A stretch of 32,000 nucleotides of DNA. It comes from Megasphaera elsdenii DSM 20460 (GTDB lineage Bacteria; Bacillota; Negativicutes; Veillonellales; Megasphaeraceae). The DNA lies in NCBI RefSeq assembly GCF_003010495.1, contig NZ_CP027570.1, positions 480,001 to 512,000 of the forward strand, written 5' to 3'. The translations under genes and the position numbers were made by a program. The notes beneath the pieces are model-generated. The model saw only the letters and a list, made by a program, of their open reading frames with translations, was not told the origin of the DNA and did not search any database. This document shows positions 25,368 through 32,000 of this stretch, in pieces (the stretch's first letter is position 1; the number at the start of each line of letters is the position of its first letter).

Positions 25368-26312
25368 CTACTTGACGACGAACGCCGTCGGAATCATGCG
25401 TTCACCTAAGAGGTCCGCCGGTTTGTTGATGACTTTGCCGTTATAATACAAGGTCGAGCTGGAACCACCGTCCAGGTTGGCCGCGATGACCGCGCCTTCT
25501 TCATACATGATGTTCTGTATGTCACGCAGTGTCGCCCCGACAGAATAGCCGGGCTGGCGGCCGTCGATGACCAGGAACAGGACCGTCCCGTCCTTGCGCT
25601 GGCCGATGGCCGTGCGGGGACCGACGCCCCAGCCGCCGTCGCCGCGGGTAATCATCTTTTCACCGTTGACGATGAGGGCCGGCCCGAAGGAAATGCCTTC
25701 GACAACGTCTTTTTCTTTCAATTCGGCCTTGGAGTAATTGCCGACAATGAGGTTGCCATCCTTGGTGAAGCCGACAAATTCATTTTCTTCCTCGTCGGAC
25801 GCATCCTGGCCGAGGAGATATTTGCCATCGTGGAGGATGAAGCCATAGGGCTGACGGCCCGTGCCGGTCCCGTTGGCATCGTAGAAGCCGCCGGCATTGA
25901 TGGCAGCTACGGCGCCGACACGTTCGGCGATGCCGCTGGTCGTATCGCCCTTTTCATCCATGTTCTCAGCCGTCGCGACCTGTACGCGGTGCGGATCCGG
26001 GATTTCCAGCAGGAATCCCTTGAAACGGCTGGAATCGATATTCTTCAAAGTCAATGTCGAATCGGTACGGGCTTTGAATTTAAACAATTCCTGTTTCGGC
26101 GTCGAGCTGATGCCGCCCAGGATCTTGTCGATTTCTTCCTGCGAAAAGAGCCAGGTAATGTACTGGGGATGACGGCTCTTGAGGATGGCCCCGACGACGG
26201 TGCGCTTCAGATTGTCGAACGGTCCGAAGAGGACGACAAAAGGCGATGTCAAGGCGAAGAAAATGGCGACAAAGACAAAAAACTTACCGATTTCTTTTAC
26301 GTGTTTCCTCAT
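25368..26312 (-). CDS. Phosphodiester glycosidase family protein (DUF2233/NAGPA-like), membrane anchored
   Basis: N-terminal TM segment. Motifs AAINAGGFYD and AANLDGGSSSTLYYNGKVINKP. Confidence 0.75.
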   Translation of the reverse strand: MRKHVKEIGKFFVFVAIFFALTSPFVVLFGPFDNLKRTVVGAILKSRHPQYITWLFSQEEIDKILGGISSTPKQELFKFKARTDSTLTLKNIDSSRFKGFLLEIPDPHRVQVATAENMDEKGDTTSGIAERVGAVAAINAGGFYDANGTGTGRQPYGFILHDGKYLLGQDASDEEENEFVGFTKDGNLIVGNYSKAELKEKDVVEGISFGPALIVNGEKMITRGDGGWGVGPRTAIGQRKDGTVLFLVIDGRQPGYSVGATLRDIQNIMYEEGAVIAANLDGGSSSTLYYNGKVINKPADLLGERMIPTAFVVK

Positions 26313-26335
26313 AAGTAACCTCGAAAATAATAAAG

Positions 26336-27142
26336 TTAGCGTTCTTCATAGTGCGGTGTCGTGACGCGCTGCTTGAAGTTTTCTATGTCGACGGCATTGC
26401 CGATCCAGATGCGCTTGACTGCATAGGGGTTGTCCCCGTATTTGGCCCAGCCTGGATCCATGGTGAAGGCCAGTTTGATGCCGGCTGCCTTCAACGCGTC
26501 GCCGGCGCTCTTCGTATAGCCGCCATAGGGATAGCAGAAATATTCGTTGGTAATGCCCAGCTGTTCCTTGAGTTCAGCCTGGCTCTTCTTGATTTCATCG
26601 GCAAAGGTACTGCCCGTCATGTCCGTCGCCCGTTCATGATGATGACTGTGGGACGCGATGGTCAGGCCGGCAGCCTTCATTTCTTTGACCTGCTGCCAGT
26701 TCAGGCGCGTCGCCTGGTCCGTATCATAGGTCGGCACGAAGACCGTCCCGGCAAAGCCGTATTCCTTCAAAACGGGCATGACGATGCTGTACGTATCGGG
26801 ATAGCCGTCGTCAAAGGTAAGGACGACCGGCCGGACCGGTACGGGCTTGTCGTGGACCATATAGTCGTAGAGCTGATCCATGGTGATGGGATGGAAATCA
26901 TTGTCCTTCAAGAACTTCATCTGTTCCCGGAAGTGCGATTCCAAGAGGACCGCGTCGTTGTCCGGCACATCGCCGATCATGTGGTACATCAGGACCGGGA
27001 TGCCCTGTTTGGGCACGGCCATTTCTACCTGCGCCGGCTGCGGCTTTTCCGCCTTGGCCGTATCGCCGCTCTGCGTCGGCGTACAGCCAACCAGCATGAA
27101 GCAGCAAAGAACGGCCAGACAGGCCAGTTTCCATATACGCAA
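26336..27142 (-). CDS. Polysaccharide deacetylase (NodB homology domain) lipoprotein
   Basis: Lipobox MLVGC. Motifs VLTFDDGY and SHSHHH. Confidence 0.85.
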   Translation of the reverse strand: MRIWKLACLAVLCCFMLVGCTPTQSGDTAKAEKPQPAQVEMAVPKQGIPVLMYHMIGDVPDNDAVLLESHFREQMKFLKDNDFHPITMDQLYDYMVHDKPVPVRPVVLTFDDGYPDTYSIVMPVLKEYGFAGTVFVPTYDTDQATRLNWQQVKEMKAAGLTIASHSHHHERATDMTGSTFADEIKKSQAELKEQLGITNEYFCYPYGGYTKSAGDALKAAGIKLAFTMDPGWAKYGDNPYAVKRIWIGNAVDIENFKQRVTTPHYEER

Positions 27143-27160
27143 ATTGTACAGCCCCTCTCG

Positions 27161-28138
27161 TTAAGATTCTTCGCTGTCCCGCCGGGTCACAACGGGCAGC
27201 TCGTCGTAATGGCCGGCCAGGAACAAACGGATATACCGTTCGGCATCATCACGGACGGCCTTGTCGGCTTCTACGGAATGGAAGCAGACATTGGGCGTGA
27301 GCAGGAATTCCGGCCGGGCGATCATCTTGAGCAGCATCGGGCTCGGATGTTCCATAGATAATACGTCGAGAGCGGCACTGCGGATGTGGCCGTCGTCGAC
27401 AGCATGATAAAGGGCCGCTTCATCCGCCAGGCCGCCGCGGCAGCAATTGACGAACATGGCCCCTTCTTTCATTTCCTCGAACTGTTCGTCCTGGAAGATG
27501 TAACGTGTCGTTTCGTTGAGCGGCATGTGAAGTGATACGACGTCGCTGGTCTGAAGAAGCTTGTCAAAATCGACGGGACGGACACTGCGTTCCATCATGA
27601 CCTTTTCACTGACAAACGGATCATAAGCCTGGATCTTGCATCCAAAAGCCTGGAGACGGGCGGCGACGGCGCGGCCGACATGGCCAAATCCGACGAGGCC
27701 GATGAGATTGCTGCTGACACGGTGAATGGGCCAGGAAACGGACCCGTATTCCCAACGGCTGTTGGTGCGGATATCGCTCTGGTATTCCGGCAGCTGGCGG
27801 ATGAGGGCCAGGATCATGGCACACGTATGGTCTGCGATGTCGTCGACACAGTACGACGTATTGTTGATGACCATGACGCCCCTTTCCCGGGCAGCCTCCA
27901 AATCGACATTATCCGACCGCGTCGATAAAACGACGATCAATTTCAGATCATCCAATTCTTTCAGAAGGGAAGCCGTAATCGGTTCGGACTTGCAGACGAT
28001 GATGTCCGCATCTTCGAGCCTGTCGGCCATTTCTTCTTCATCTCCGGGAGGACAATATTCAACGCGCGCTACATCGCGCAGTCTCTCTCCAAAATCATCT
28101 TCATCCTGACGTCCTGTCAAAACACTTATGTGATACAT
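27161..28138 (-). CDS. D-isomer-specific 2-hydroxyacid dehydrogenase family (CtBP/PGDH-like)
   Basis: GLVGFGHVGRAVAARL NAD-binding fold, CCRGGL, and a catalytic His in the VCFHS context. ATG 28138 is preferred (AGGGG upstream); the ORF-track start is 28213. Confidence 0.82.
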   Translation of the reverse strand: MYHISVLTGRQDEDDFGERLRDVARVEYCPPGDEEEMADRLEDADIIVCKSEPITASLLKELDDLKLIVVLSTRSDNVDLEAARERGVMVINNTSYCVDDIADHTCAMILALIRQLPEYQSDIRTNSRWEYGSVSWPIHRVSSNLIGLVGFGHVGRAVAARLQAFGCKIQAYDPFVSEKVMMERSVRPVDFDKLLQTSDVVSLHMPLNETTRYIFQDEQFEEMKEGAMFVNCCRGGLADEAALYHAVDDGHIRSAALDVLSMEHPSPMLLKMIARPEFLLTPNVCFHSVEADKAVRDDAERYIRLFLAGHYDELPVVTRRDSEES

Positions 28139-28235
28139 TATCACTGCCCCTTTTCTATAAACAAAAGATTTAGACATAAAGATACACCTAATTATATACC
28201 ATATAAAAGTCAATTAGCAAGTCCCTGCGCCGTCC

Positions 28236-28265
28236 TTGACGGAATTGTAAAAACTCTGCTATAAT
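28236..28265 (+). promoter_or_regulatory. Sigma-A promoter of tRNA-Ser
   Basis: TTGACG (28236-28241), 18-nt spacer, TATAAT (28260-28265). The tRNA 5' end is 11 nt downstream. Confidence 0.6.
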
Positions 28266-28276
28266 AGTTTCGTTAT

Positions 28277-28365
28277 GGAAAGGTGTCCGAGTGGTTTAAG
28301 GAGCTAGTCTTGAAAACTAGTGATGCGGCAACGCACCGTGGGTTCGAATCCCACCCTTTCCGCCA
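28277..28365 (+). tRNA. tRNA-Ser (anticodon UGA), CCA encoded
   Basis: Acceptor GGAAAGG/CCTTTCC. Anticodon stem ctagt/actag with loop cuUGAaa. Long variable arm. T-arm gtggg-ttcgaat-cccac. Discriminator G followed by CCA. Confidence 0.92.
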
Positions 28366-28474
28366 TTGATTTTAGCAGGGAGCAGGAACGTTTCACACTT
28401 TTGAAAACCCTTTTATTTATCGCATGTACAGGGCTTTTTGAGAATGTCGAGCGTTTCCTGCTTTTTCGCATTTT

Positions 28475-28504
28475 TGCTTAATTCTGCTTAATTTCTGCTT
28501 AATC
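28475..28504 (+). repeat. Three helically phased TGCTTAAT(T/C) motifs (candidate integrase arm-type sites)
   Basis: tgcttaatt at 28475 and 28485, tgcttaatc at 28496 (spacing 10 and 11 nt). They lie between the tRNA and the int stop. Confidence 0.55.
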
Positions 28505-28523
28505 GTTTTGAGCCATGCCACGC

Positions 28524-29711
28524 TTATTGAATCATCTCTAGCTTCTTCTGCAGATCTTCACGCATGGCATTAGTGACATGTGTATAAATTTGTAGCGTCG
28601 TATTCGGATCATTATGGCCGACGCGCTGCATGATGGCTTTCAAGGGCACGTTCATTTCTGCCAGCATACTGATGTGGGTATGCCGGAAAATGTGCGTGCT
28701 TATTTTTTTGCCTGGAATCACCACTTGACGAAGCTTGGTATTGATGAACTGAATATTATAGGGCGCGCCCGTCCTGGTCGTGAAGATATAGCCTCTATCC
28801 TTGTATGTACGGCTAATGCAATTCGTGCGTGGCCTCCACAATTCCATGCGCTTATTATCAACCTGGAACCATTTTAAAATAGCAATGGACCGGCTGTTCA
28901 AGTCAATTGTCCGATAAGAATAAATGTTTTTTGGCGTGCCGCGCTGTATGTCTTCCCCATTCCTGGCCGACTTTAAAAGCGTGCCATTAATATTGGCCTG
29001 TCTTTTATTTATATCGACGTCCTGCCAGCGCAGGGCCAGTAATTCGCCGCAGCGAAGGCCCGTCAAGGTGATAAATTCCATTGCCAGGGCCAGCCGCGGG
29101 GACATTTTGCGAAGCTGTCTGAAACATTCCTGCCTTTCATCTTCATTCAAGAATTTATTGGTTCTTTTCTCCAATTCTTGCGGCGTCGCGGGGCGGCGTT
29201 TTAAAGTAAGCTCTTCAAAATCAGATACATCATCGATGTAGCCTGCCTTTTTCGCATACCGCATAATTCGCTTGATGGTGACTAATGTCGTCACGGAATA
29301 GGAGTAAGACAGCATTTCTTTATAATACATATTGGAAACAAGTTTTTCGGCCATGGCCGGGGTAAAATCAGCAAACAATAATTCATCGGGTACGCCCCGT
29401 TTGATACGCTTGCAATAGCAGTCTTGCGAATGGCGTGTTTCAATCTTGACCGTTGGCGCAATCGCTTCTTGCCATTCATCACAAACAGCCGTAAAAAGAA
29501 GGTTCTTTTTATGCTTTTGAGCCGCCCCCACAGCAGCTAAACGCTTATCATACTTTTCTTGCAACAGTTGCCGGGCCACTCGTTGAGCGTGCCTTGATTT
29601 GCTGTTCATCGTAACGGACAGGGGAATCTTCTTCCCTGTCACCGGATCCGTAAACCGTTCCCGGTATGAGTATCTTGTACCTTTACTATTTTTTAATTCA
29701 ACCATCCACAT
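28524..29711 (-). CDS. int: Tyrosine recombinase / phage-type integrase with N-terminal arm-binding-like domain
   Basis: C-terminal catalytic region HIFRHTHISMLAEMNVPLKAIMQRVGHNDPNTTLQIYTHV (R..HxxR..H..Y). ATG 29711 has AGGTAGGG 5 nt upstream. The ORF-track start at 29729 is GTG. Confidence 0.9.
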   Translation of the reverse strand: MWMVELKNSKGTRYSYRERFTDPVTGKKIPLSVTMNSKSRHAQRVARQLLQEKYDKRLAAVGAAQKHKKNLLFTAVCDEWQEAIAPTVKIETRHSQDCYCKRIKRGVPDELLFADFTPAMAEKLVSNMYYKEMLSYSYSVTTLVTIKRIMRYAKKAGYIDDVSDFEELTLKRRPATPQELEKRTNKFLNEDERQECFRQLRKMSPRLALAMEFITLTGLRCGELLALRWQDVDINKRQANINGTLLKSARNGEDIQRGTPKNIYSYRTIDLNSRSIAILKWFQVDNKRMELWRPRTNCISRTYKDRGYIFTTRTGAPYNIQFINTKLRQVVIPGKKISTHIFRHTHISMLAEMNVPLKAIMQRVGHNDPNTTLQIYTHVTNAMREDLQKKLEMIQ

Positions 29712-29742
29712 AGTAACCCTACCTTTCACGCGTCTTCTTGTA

Positions 29743-29773
29743 TCCCTGCCAGGAATTAAGCAAACTCGTTATG
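29743..29773 (+). repeat. 31-bp direct repeat, copy 1 (contains an inverted TGCTTAATT motif)
   Basis: tccctgccaggaattaagcaaactcgttatg matches 31001-31031 at 29 of 31 positions. Lies about 30 nt upstream of the int ATG. Confidence 0.8.
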
Positions 29774-29864
29774 GTTGGTCTATGGGTATACGGCGTAATC
29801 TTCATGAATGGAGATATACGGCGTTTTTTTCGTTTTTAGGTAAATTTCATCATGAAATAAAGTA

Positions 29865-30461
29865 TTATCTTTTTTGATGTTTGAGTTTATTCAAAGCCTC
29901 CGTATATAACTTTTTATCCAAAGCATCCTTAGTATGATTAAGTGAATTACTGAGTAAGTTGAAAACGATATTAAAAATAGTCATTTGCAGTGTATTGGCC
30001 AATAGCGCATCTTTAGCTTTTGTATATTTTTTAGAAATAGTAGCCTCACGCATTATGTCCATAAACCATTCATTATCGAAAGTAAAAAAAATTAAATCAG
30101 AAACGCTAAATATAAAGTCCGGTTGTTCTGTAAAATCAGGTATCTGCACAGGTTGATTTTCTGGATTATATGCAATGACAACATGTGAATCTCTCCATCG
30201 AAAAACAGTAAAACCATTATTTTTACAGAAAGCCAGCTCTTCTTCTAAATCGTCTATCTGACCTGGATCATACCCTAATAAATCATCTATAGAAACATGT
30301 AACGTAGACGCAATTTTTTTTAATGTATCGTATTTAGGTTCACGACCTTGATTCTCATATGATATGTATGTCGTATATGGTAAATCAATAATTTTTGCAA
30401 ATTCTTTTGCAGTACATCCAGTATTTTCTCTATACCGCTTTAGATTTTCATTGAATATCAT
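29865..30461 (-). CDS. XRE-family HTH repressor (CI-like) with uncharacterised C-terminal domain
   Basis: N-terminal HTH LKRYRENTGCTAKEFAKIIDLPYTTYISYENQGREPKYDTLKKIASTL. No S24 peptidase Ser/Lys motif seen. RBS AAAGGAGGGAGG. Confidence 0.85.
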   Translation of the reverse strand: MIFNENLKRYRENTGCTAKEFAKIIDLPYTTYISYENQGREPKYDTLKKIASTLHVSIDDLLGYDPGQIDDLEEELAFCKNNGFTVFRWRDSHVVIAYNPENQPVQIPDFTEQPDFIFSVSDLIFFTFDNEWFMDIMREATISKKYTKAKDALLANTLQMTIFNIVFNLLSNSLNHTKDALDKKLYTEALNKLKHQKR

Positions 30462-30484
30462 AGTTTCCTCCCTCCTTTATACCC

Positions 30485-30513
30485 ATTTTACCTAAAACGC
30501 GTATAGAGGTCAA
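30485..30513 (-). promoter_or_regulatory. Promoter of the CI-like repressor gene
   Basis: Minus strand TTGACC (30513-30508), 17-nt spacer, TAAAAT (30490-30485). Confidence 0.55.
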
Positions 30514-30533
30514 TAAAAAACGATAAAAAGATA

Positions 30534-30580
30534 TTGACATTAATACCTTTTTAATGTATTATACCTTTATAAGGTATTAA
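30534..30580 (+). promoter_or_regulatory. Promoter of the cro-like gene overlapped by operator half-sites
   Basis: TTGACA (30534-30539), 17-nt spacer, TATTAT (30557-30562) preceded by TG. Half-sites TAATACC (30541), TATACC (30560), GGTATTA (30573). Perfect palindrome ATACCTT-tat-AAGGTAT at 30561-30577. Confidence 0.6.
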
Positions 30581-30595
30581 TGGGAGGTAAAAAGA

Positions 30596-30811
30596 ATGAA
30601 AAACACAGTCTCTATAGATATGGAAAAAGTAGAACAGTTGTCACATGAGCATTTATGGACATGGGCAGAACTGGCCCGCCATTCATCTGTAACTCAATCG
30701 ACCTTATTCGCTTTAAAAGCCGGGCGGCGGCGTGCAAGTATGATAACTGCCTATAAAATTGCTCATGCCTTGAATGTTGAACCACAAATGCTGATTAAGG
30801 AAGAAGGATAG
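30596..30811 (+). CDS. Small XRE-family HTH protein (Cro-like)
   Basis: 71 aa. HTH WAELARHSSVTQSTLFALKAGRRRASMITAYKIAHAL. Divergent from the repressor. RBS GGGAGG. Confidence 0.8.
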   Translation: MKNTVSIDMEKVEQLSHEHLWTWAELARHSSVTQSTLFALKAGRRRASMITAYKIAHALNVEPQMLIKEEG

Positions 30812-30813
30812 CT

Positions 30814-30996
30814 ATGAAATACACGAAGAAATGCGCAATAGAAACAGCGAAGTATCTTGAACGATTCTGCTTGTATTTTAAATTGGACAACCCTGACTGC
30901 CAGGGATGCCCTTTTGATAGTGTCGGCTGCTGCCTGTTGTATATCCCCGAAACTTGGGGCGTCACTCAGAAATTCCCCAAAAAAGATAACGAATAA
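30814..30996 (+). CDS. Cys-rich 60-aa hypothetical protein
   Basis: Starts 2 nt after the cro-like stop, with GAAGGA upstream. Contains CxxC and CC (PDCQGCPFDSVGCC). No family recognised. Confidence 0.5.
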   Translation: MKYTKKCAIETAKYLERFCLYFKLDNPDCQGCPFDSVGCCLLYIPETWGVTQKFPKKDNE

Positions 30997-31000
30997 AATT

Positions 31001-31031
31001 TCCCTGCCAGGAATTAAGCAAGCTCATTATG
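31001..31031 (+). repeat. 31-bp direct repeat, copy 2
   Basis: tccctgccaggaattaagcaagctcattatg. Lies 29 nt upstream of the Xis-like ATG. Confidence 0.8.
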
Positions 31032-31059
31032 CACCCATATTTGAAAGGAGAATGAAACC

Positions 31060-31296
31060 ATGGAAGTCTATAAATCAAAAAATAATCTCGATTCAATGGT
31101 ATATGTAAGGCCCTCACAACTGGCCAAACTCTTGCACCTGTCAAGAACTACTGTATGGCGGCTTTTAAACGCCTTTGCTGCTGAAGAAGGCAATGAACAC
31201 GCGGTTATTGAAATCAGTAAAACACTGAAACTCGTCCCGCTTTACCGTTTTCAAGAATGGCTTACAAATCAGGATAAAAAGTATTTGCAAAAATGA
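31060..31296 (+). CDS. Excisionase/AlpA-MerR-type HTH DNA-binding protein (Xis-like)
   Basis: 78 aa. YVRPSQLAKLLHLSRTTVWRLLN is typical of the Xis/AlpA-family HTH. RBS AAAGGAG. Confidence 0.65.
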   Translation: MEVYKSKNNLDSMVYVRPSQLAKLLHLSRTTVWRLLNAFAAEEGNEHAVIEISKTLKLVPLYRFQEWLTNQDKKYLQK

Positions 31297-31445
31297 AAAA
31301 TCCCCTGGCGAGTGTGCAGACTCGACAGGGGAAAAAGAAAGCCGCAGCTAACGACTTTTCTATTTGATTATATACGAATTGAGGCGATTGAGCAATGAAA
31401 ATAACCAGAAAGCGACCTTCAAGCGATTGACGGGGGAGTGGTTAC

Positions 31446-31874
31446 ATGAGTCGAAAAGGGCGCAACTGGCCGTCGTGGCAAGCTAAGGATAAAAAAGAAG
31501 GCGGCTTCATCTGTATCCCCAAATCAGTGGAACACAGTTCTGCTTTTCGAGAACTATCTGGCAATCAGATTCGCTTACTTTTTTGCTGTTGGCGACGTGG
31601 AAATTATAAGGCCAATGATCCATCCCGAAAGCATTTGCCAAGAGACGATTATCCAGGAGTAGACAAGTACCGTCGCGATGAAGTTTTTTATATGGGGCTG
31701 GCTGTCGCTGTCAAATACGGATTATACAAGCCAACAAATCGGAAGTACTACGCGGATATAAAGACCCTCGAAACAGTTGGCTTCATTGAACGGTTGAGTA
31801 CGGGCAAAAAAACGCAATCTCTGTCGATTTATAAGCTGTCAGATAAGTGGCAGTCTTACCGCCCAAACGATTAA
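31446..31874 (+). CDS. Hypothetical protein (142 aa) of the integrative element
   Basis: GGGGGAG lies 7 nt upstream of the ATG. Basic N-terminus. No family recognised. Confidence 0.55.
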   Translation: MSRKGRNWPSWQAKDKKEGGFICIPKSVEHSSAFRELSGNQIRLLFCCWRRGNYKANDPSRKHLPRDDYPGVDKYRRDEVFYMGLAVAVKYGLYKPTNRKYYADIKTLETVGFIERLSTGKKTQSLSIYKLSDKWQSYRPND

Positions 31875-32000
31875 AATCCCATGTGCCTAATGGGAGAATA
31901 ATGATTTTCCCCAAAAAGTCGACTAAATGGCTTGCTTAAGCCATTAATAGCTGTTTTTAATCATTCTCCAATTAGGTGAATGATAGCAAAAATTTTCAAC

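Larger units (their letters stand above)
28366..32000. mobile_element. Integrative element (prophage remnant, satellite or IME-like) inserted at the tRNA-Ser 3' side; right end lies beyond the window
   Basis: Abrupt drop in GC immediately after the tRNA. Tyrosine integrase reads toward the tRNA. CI/Cro-like divergent switch and Xis-like gene present. No attR copy in the window. Confidence 0.8.

Noticed and set aside
24434-25375. 313-aa plus-strand ORF
   Set aside because: Antisense to the 300-aa membrane-anchored protein, which has a strong GGAGG RBS and operon context.
26351-27361. 336-aa plus-strand ORF
   Set aside because: Antisense across the deacetylase and dehydrogenase genes and their spacer.
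28381-28468. Long-range inverted repeat agcaggaacg...cgtttcctgct followed by TTTTT, considered as a tRNA terminator or att feature
   Set aside because: The loop is about 58 nt and the arms are imperfect. It might be a compound terminator for the tRNA or for int, but I cannot support either from sequence alone.
29599-29877. ORFs 29599-29877 and 30857-31108, which share the peptide SLPGIKQ
   Set aside because: The shared peptide is produced by the 31-bp DNA direct repeat. Both ORFs overlap better-supported genes or intergenic DNA and lack RBS.
31299-31335. Stem-loop tcccctgg-cgagt-gtgcag-actcg-acagggga after the Xis-like gene, considered as a terminator
   Set aside because: On the plus strand it is followed by A-rich sequence, not T-rich. 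A T-run follows only in the minus orientation, where no gene ends. Its function is unclear, so it is not annotated.
31926-31945. Hairpin aatggctt-gctt-aagccatt after the 142-aa ORF, containing tgcttaag
   Set aside because: There is no adjacent T-tract. The similarity to the TGCTTAAT motif is only 7 of 8 and could be chance in AT-rich DNA.
28366-32000. Search for attR (a second copy of the tRNA-Ser 3' end)
   Set aside because: No ggttcgaatccca-like segment recurs in the window. The right boundary therefore cannot be called.

Overview
About 28.3 kb of GC-rich core chromosome followed by about 3.6 kb of an AT-richer integrative element inserted next to tRNA-Ser(UGA). The core has Firmicutes-type gene order: rapZ-yvcK-whiA, and a radical SAM gene followed by pgeF-yggS-sepF-ylmH-divIVA. 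It also encodes an outer-membrane secretin and an SLH-domain protein. Together these suggest a diderm Firmicute (Negativicutes-like); this is inference, since no search was possible. Other content: galE-pgi, a polar amino-acid ABC transporter with two tandem binding proteins plus a third orphan paralog, crcB, a T-box-controlled sodium:solute symporter, and a six-gene envelope-type operon in which three products are uncharacterised. Almost all core genes are on the minus strand. Most long plus-strand ORFs in the track are antisense shadows typical of GC-rich DNA. The features I consider most worth follow-up are: (1) a hairpin-dense 146-148 bp unit present as a tandem array after crcB and as a solo copy in its leader, with sub-modules scattered through other intergenic regions in a BIME/REP-like mosaic; (2) a T-box leader followed by a second complete antiterminator/terminator module that has no Stem I; (3) an orphan short secretin with a possible PilP-like partner; (4) the three unknown envelope proteins; (5) the tRNA-Ser integrative element, with phased TGCTTAAT motifs and a CI/Cro-like switch. 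I found no recognisable defence system, CRISPR array or toxin gene. All family assignments rest on motif recognition by eye and need HMM or BLAST confirmation.
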